Notes under the pieces: model-generated
The model's database searches: none
What the model was told of the DNA's origin: nothing
The model's input: only the letters and a program-made list of their open reading frames with translations
Shown here: in pieces, positions 22,164-23,182 of the stretch
Position numbering within the stretch: the stretch's first letter is position 1
Layout of the letters: each line of letters opens with the position of its first letter
Assembly: GCA_000934665.2 (NCBI GenBank)
Contig: KZ538041.1
Coordinates: 124,001-147,182, forward strand
Direction of reading: 5' to 3'
Length of the DNA stretch: 23,182 bases
Origin: Catajapyx aquilonaris
Lineage: Eukaryota
Position numbers and translations under genes: made by a program

Positions 22164-23182
22164 AGAACCCTTATCCGTCTCTTCTGGGTTCACACGAGCA
22201 ACTCACAACATGGGTCAAATCCGGGAGGGCCAGTCAACACACGAATAATTGATGGATACTGGCCAAGCAGTGGACAGTGCCAACAAGATAAATACCAAAC
22301 GCAACATAGTGTTATTGGTTTTTGCAGAGTTGAGTGCTATTCATTCATATCGGACGCCCTGATTACGGACTGGGCTACCATCCAAAGCTGATCAGAGTTT
22401 TGAATCGCTAATAATACCATAGAGGAAAATATACACTGCATGGAACCTAATCTGGATTCAAAAAGAATACAAAAGCCCTCGCTTCAAGGTAACGACGGGT
22501 TTTTCATGCCGGATATTGCAGGAATAAAAGTAATGGAAGAGGGCTTCCAAAAAAAAAAACATCACTTGGGCTGCTACGAATGGTGTAAAACAAAAGATAT
22601 CTGCCAAAAATTCCCAAGGCCCCGGATGTACTTTGCCAACTTTCTTCGGGGCGGAAGGGAAAAAAACCTTAGGAGTATATAGTGGCATTAAGGAAAACTC
22701 CTATACATAAACAATTTGCATCGTGAGGCGTTAAAAAATTCCATCGGGGGCCTTTCATTTGCTGCCAACTGCACGACTTCATCATAAAACCGGGGTTAGG
22801 CAGCAACGAAACCTGGATCATCCTTGTCTGCCAACACTTCTGGGACTACACGGTGTCTTAAAACTCTTTTTTTTATATTAACAGGGTGTTTCTTAACACG
22901 AGGCACATAAAGTGGCAGCAAGTATGCACACACATGGATCGGTTTTACGACCAGAGTTAAAACCACACGCATGGTTTAACTATTCACATAGCCTGTTTCG
23001 CAACATTAAAAGGCCAACTAGTTACCAACTTTACCCATACCGCACACTGCGGTTAGTTGTTCAGCTTGAAACTTCCACGCTCTCCAAAAACTACATGAAT
23101 TTTATACCCCTGCTTAAAACTGCACCCACAGACACAGGTACATCCGCATCCAAATTGAATATGCAAGTTTGAGCCCCCCCCC

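Noticed and set aside
22881..22892. Tc1/mariner TIR start (CAGGGTGT)
   Set aside because: Not preceded by TA, and I saw no matching inverted copy in the window.

Overview
This window looks like non-coding or low-coding animal genomic DNA, invertebrate-like by eye: moderate GC, CpG not obviously depleted, and many A/T and G/C homopolymers. The species cannot be assigned from sequence alone. No ORF exceeds 150 aa and none matches a protein family I can recognise intact. I found no rRNA, tRNA, CRISPR array, intact transposase or reverse transcriptase. Firmly supported features are a 6-unit ~57-bp minisatellite carrying CCAAT boxes behind a GC box (5422-5761), a 3x23-bp tandem repeat (1818-1886), a perfect 23-bp-arm hairpin of pre-miRNA size (9234-9294), two microsatellites, and poly-G/C tracts that hold every N in the assembly. 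Weaker, inferred signals are a frameshifted RING-finger relic (~17643-17830), a possible Tudor-like relic, a possible Merlin/IS1595-type transposase motif, several promoter-like motif clusters, and small spliced-gene candidates on both sides of a YY1/CTCF-like cluster at 3421-3481. I see no convincing evidence of a new biological system. The best leads are the hairpin and the CCAAT array, with its possible Helitron-like end.
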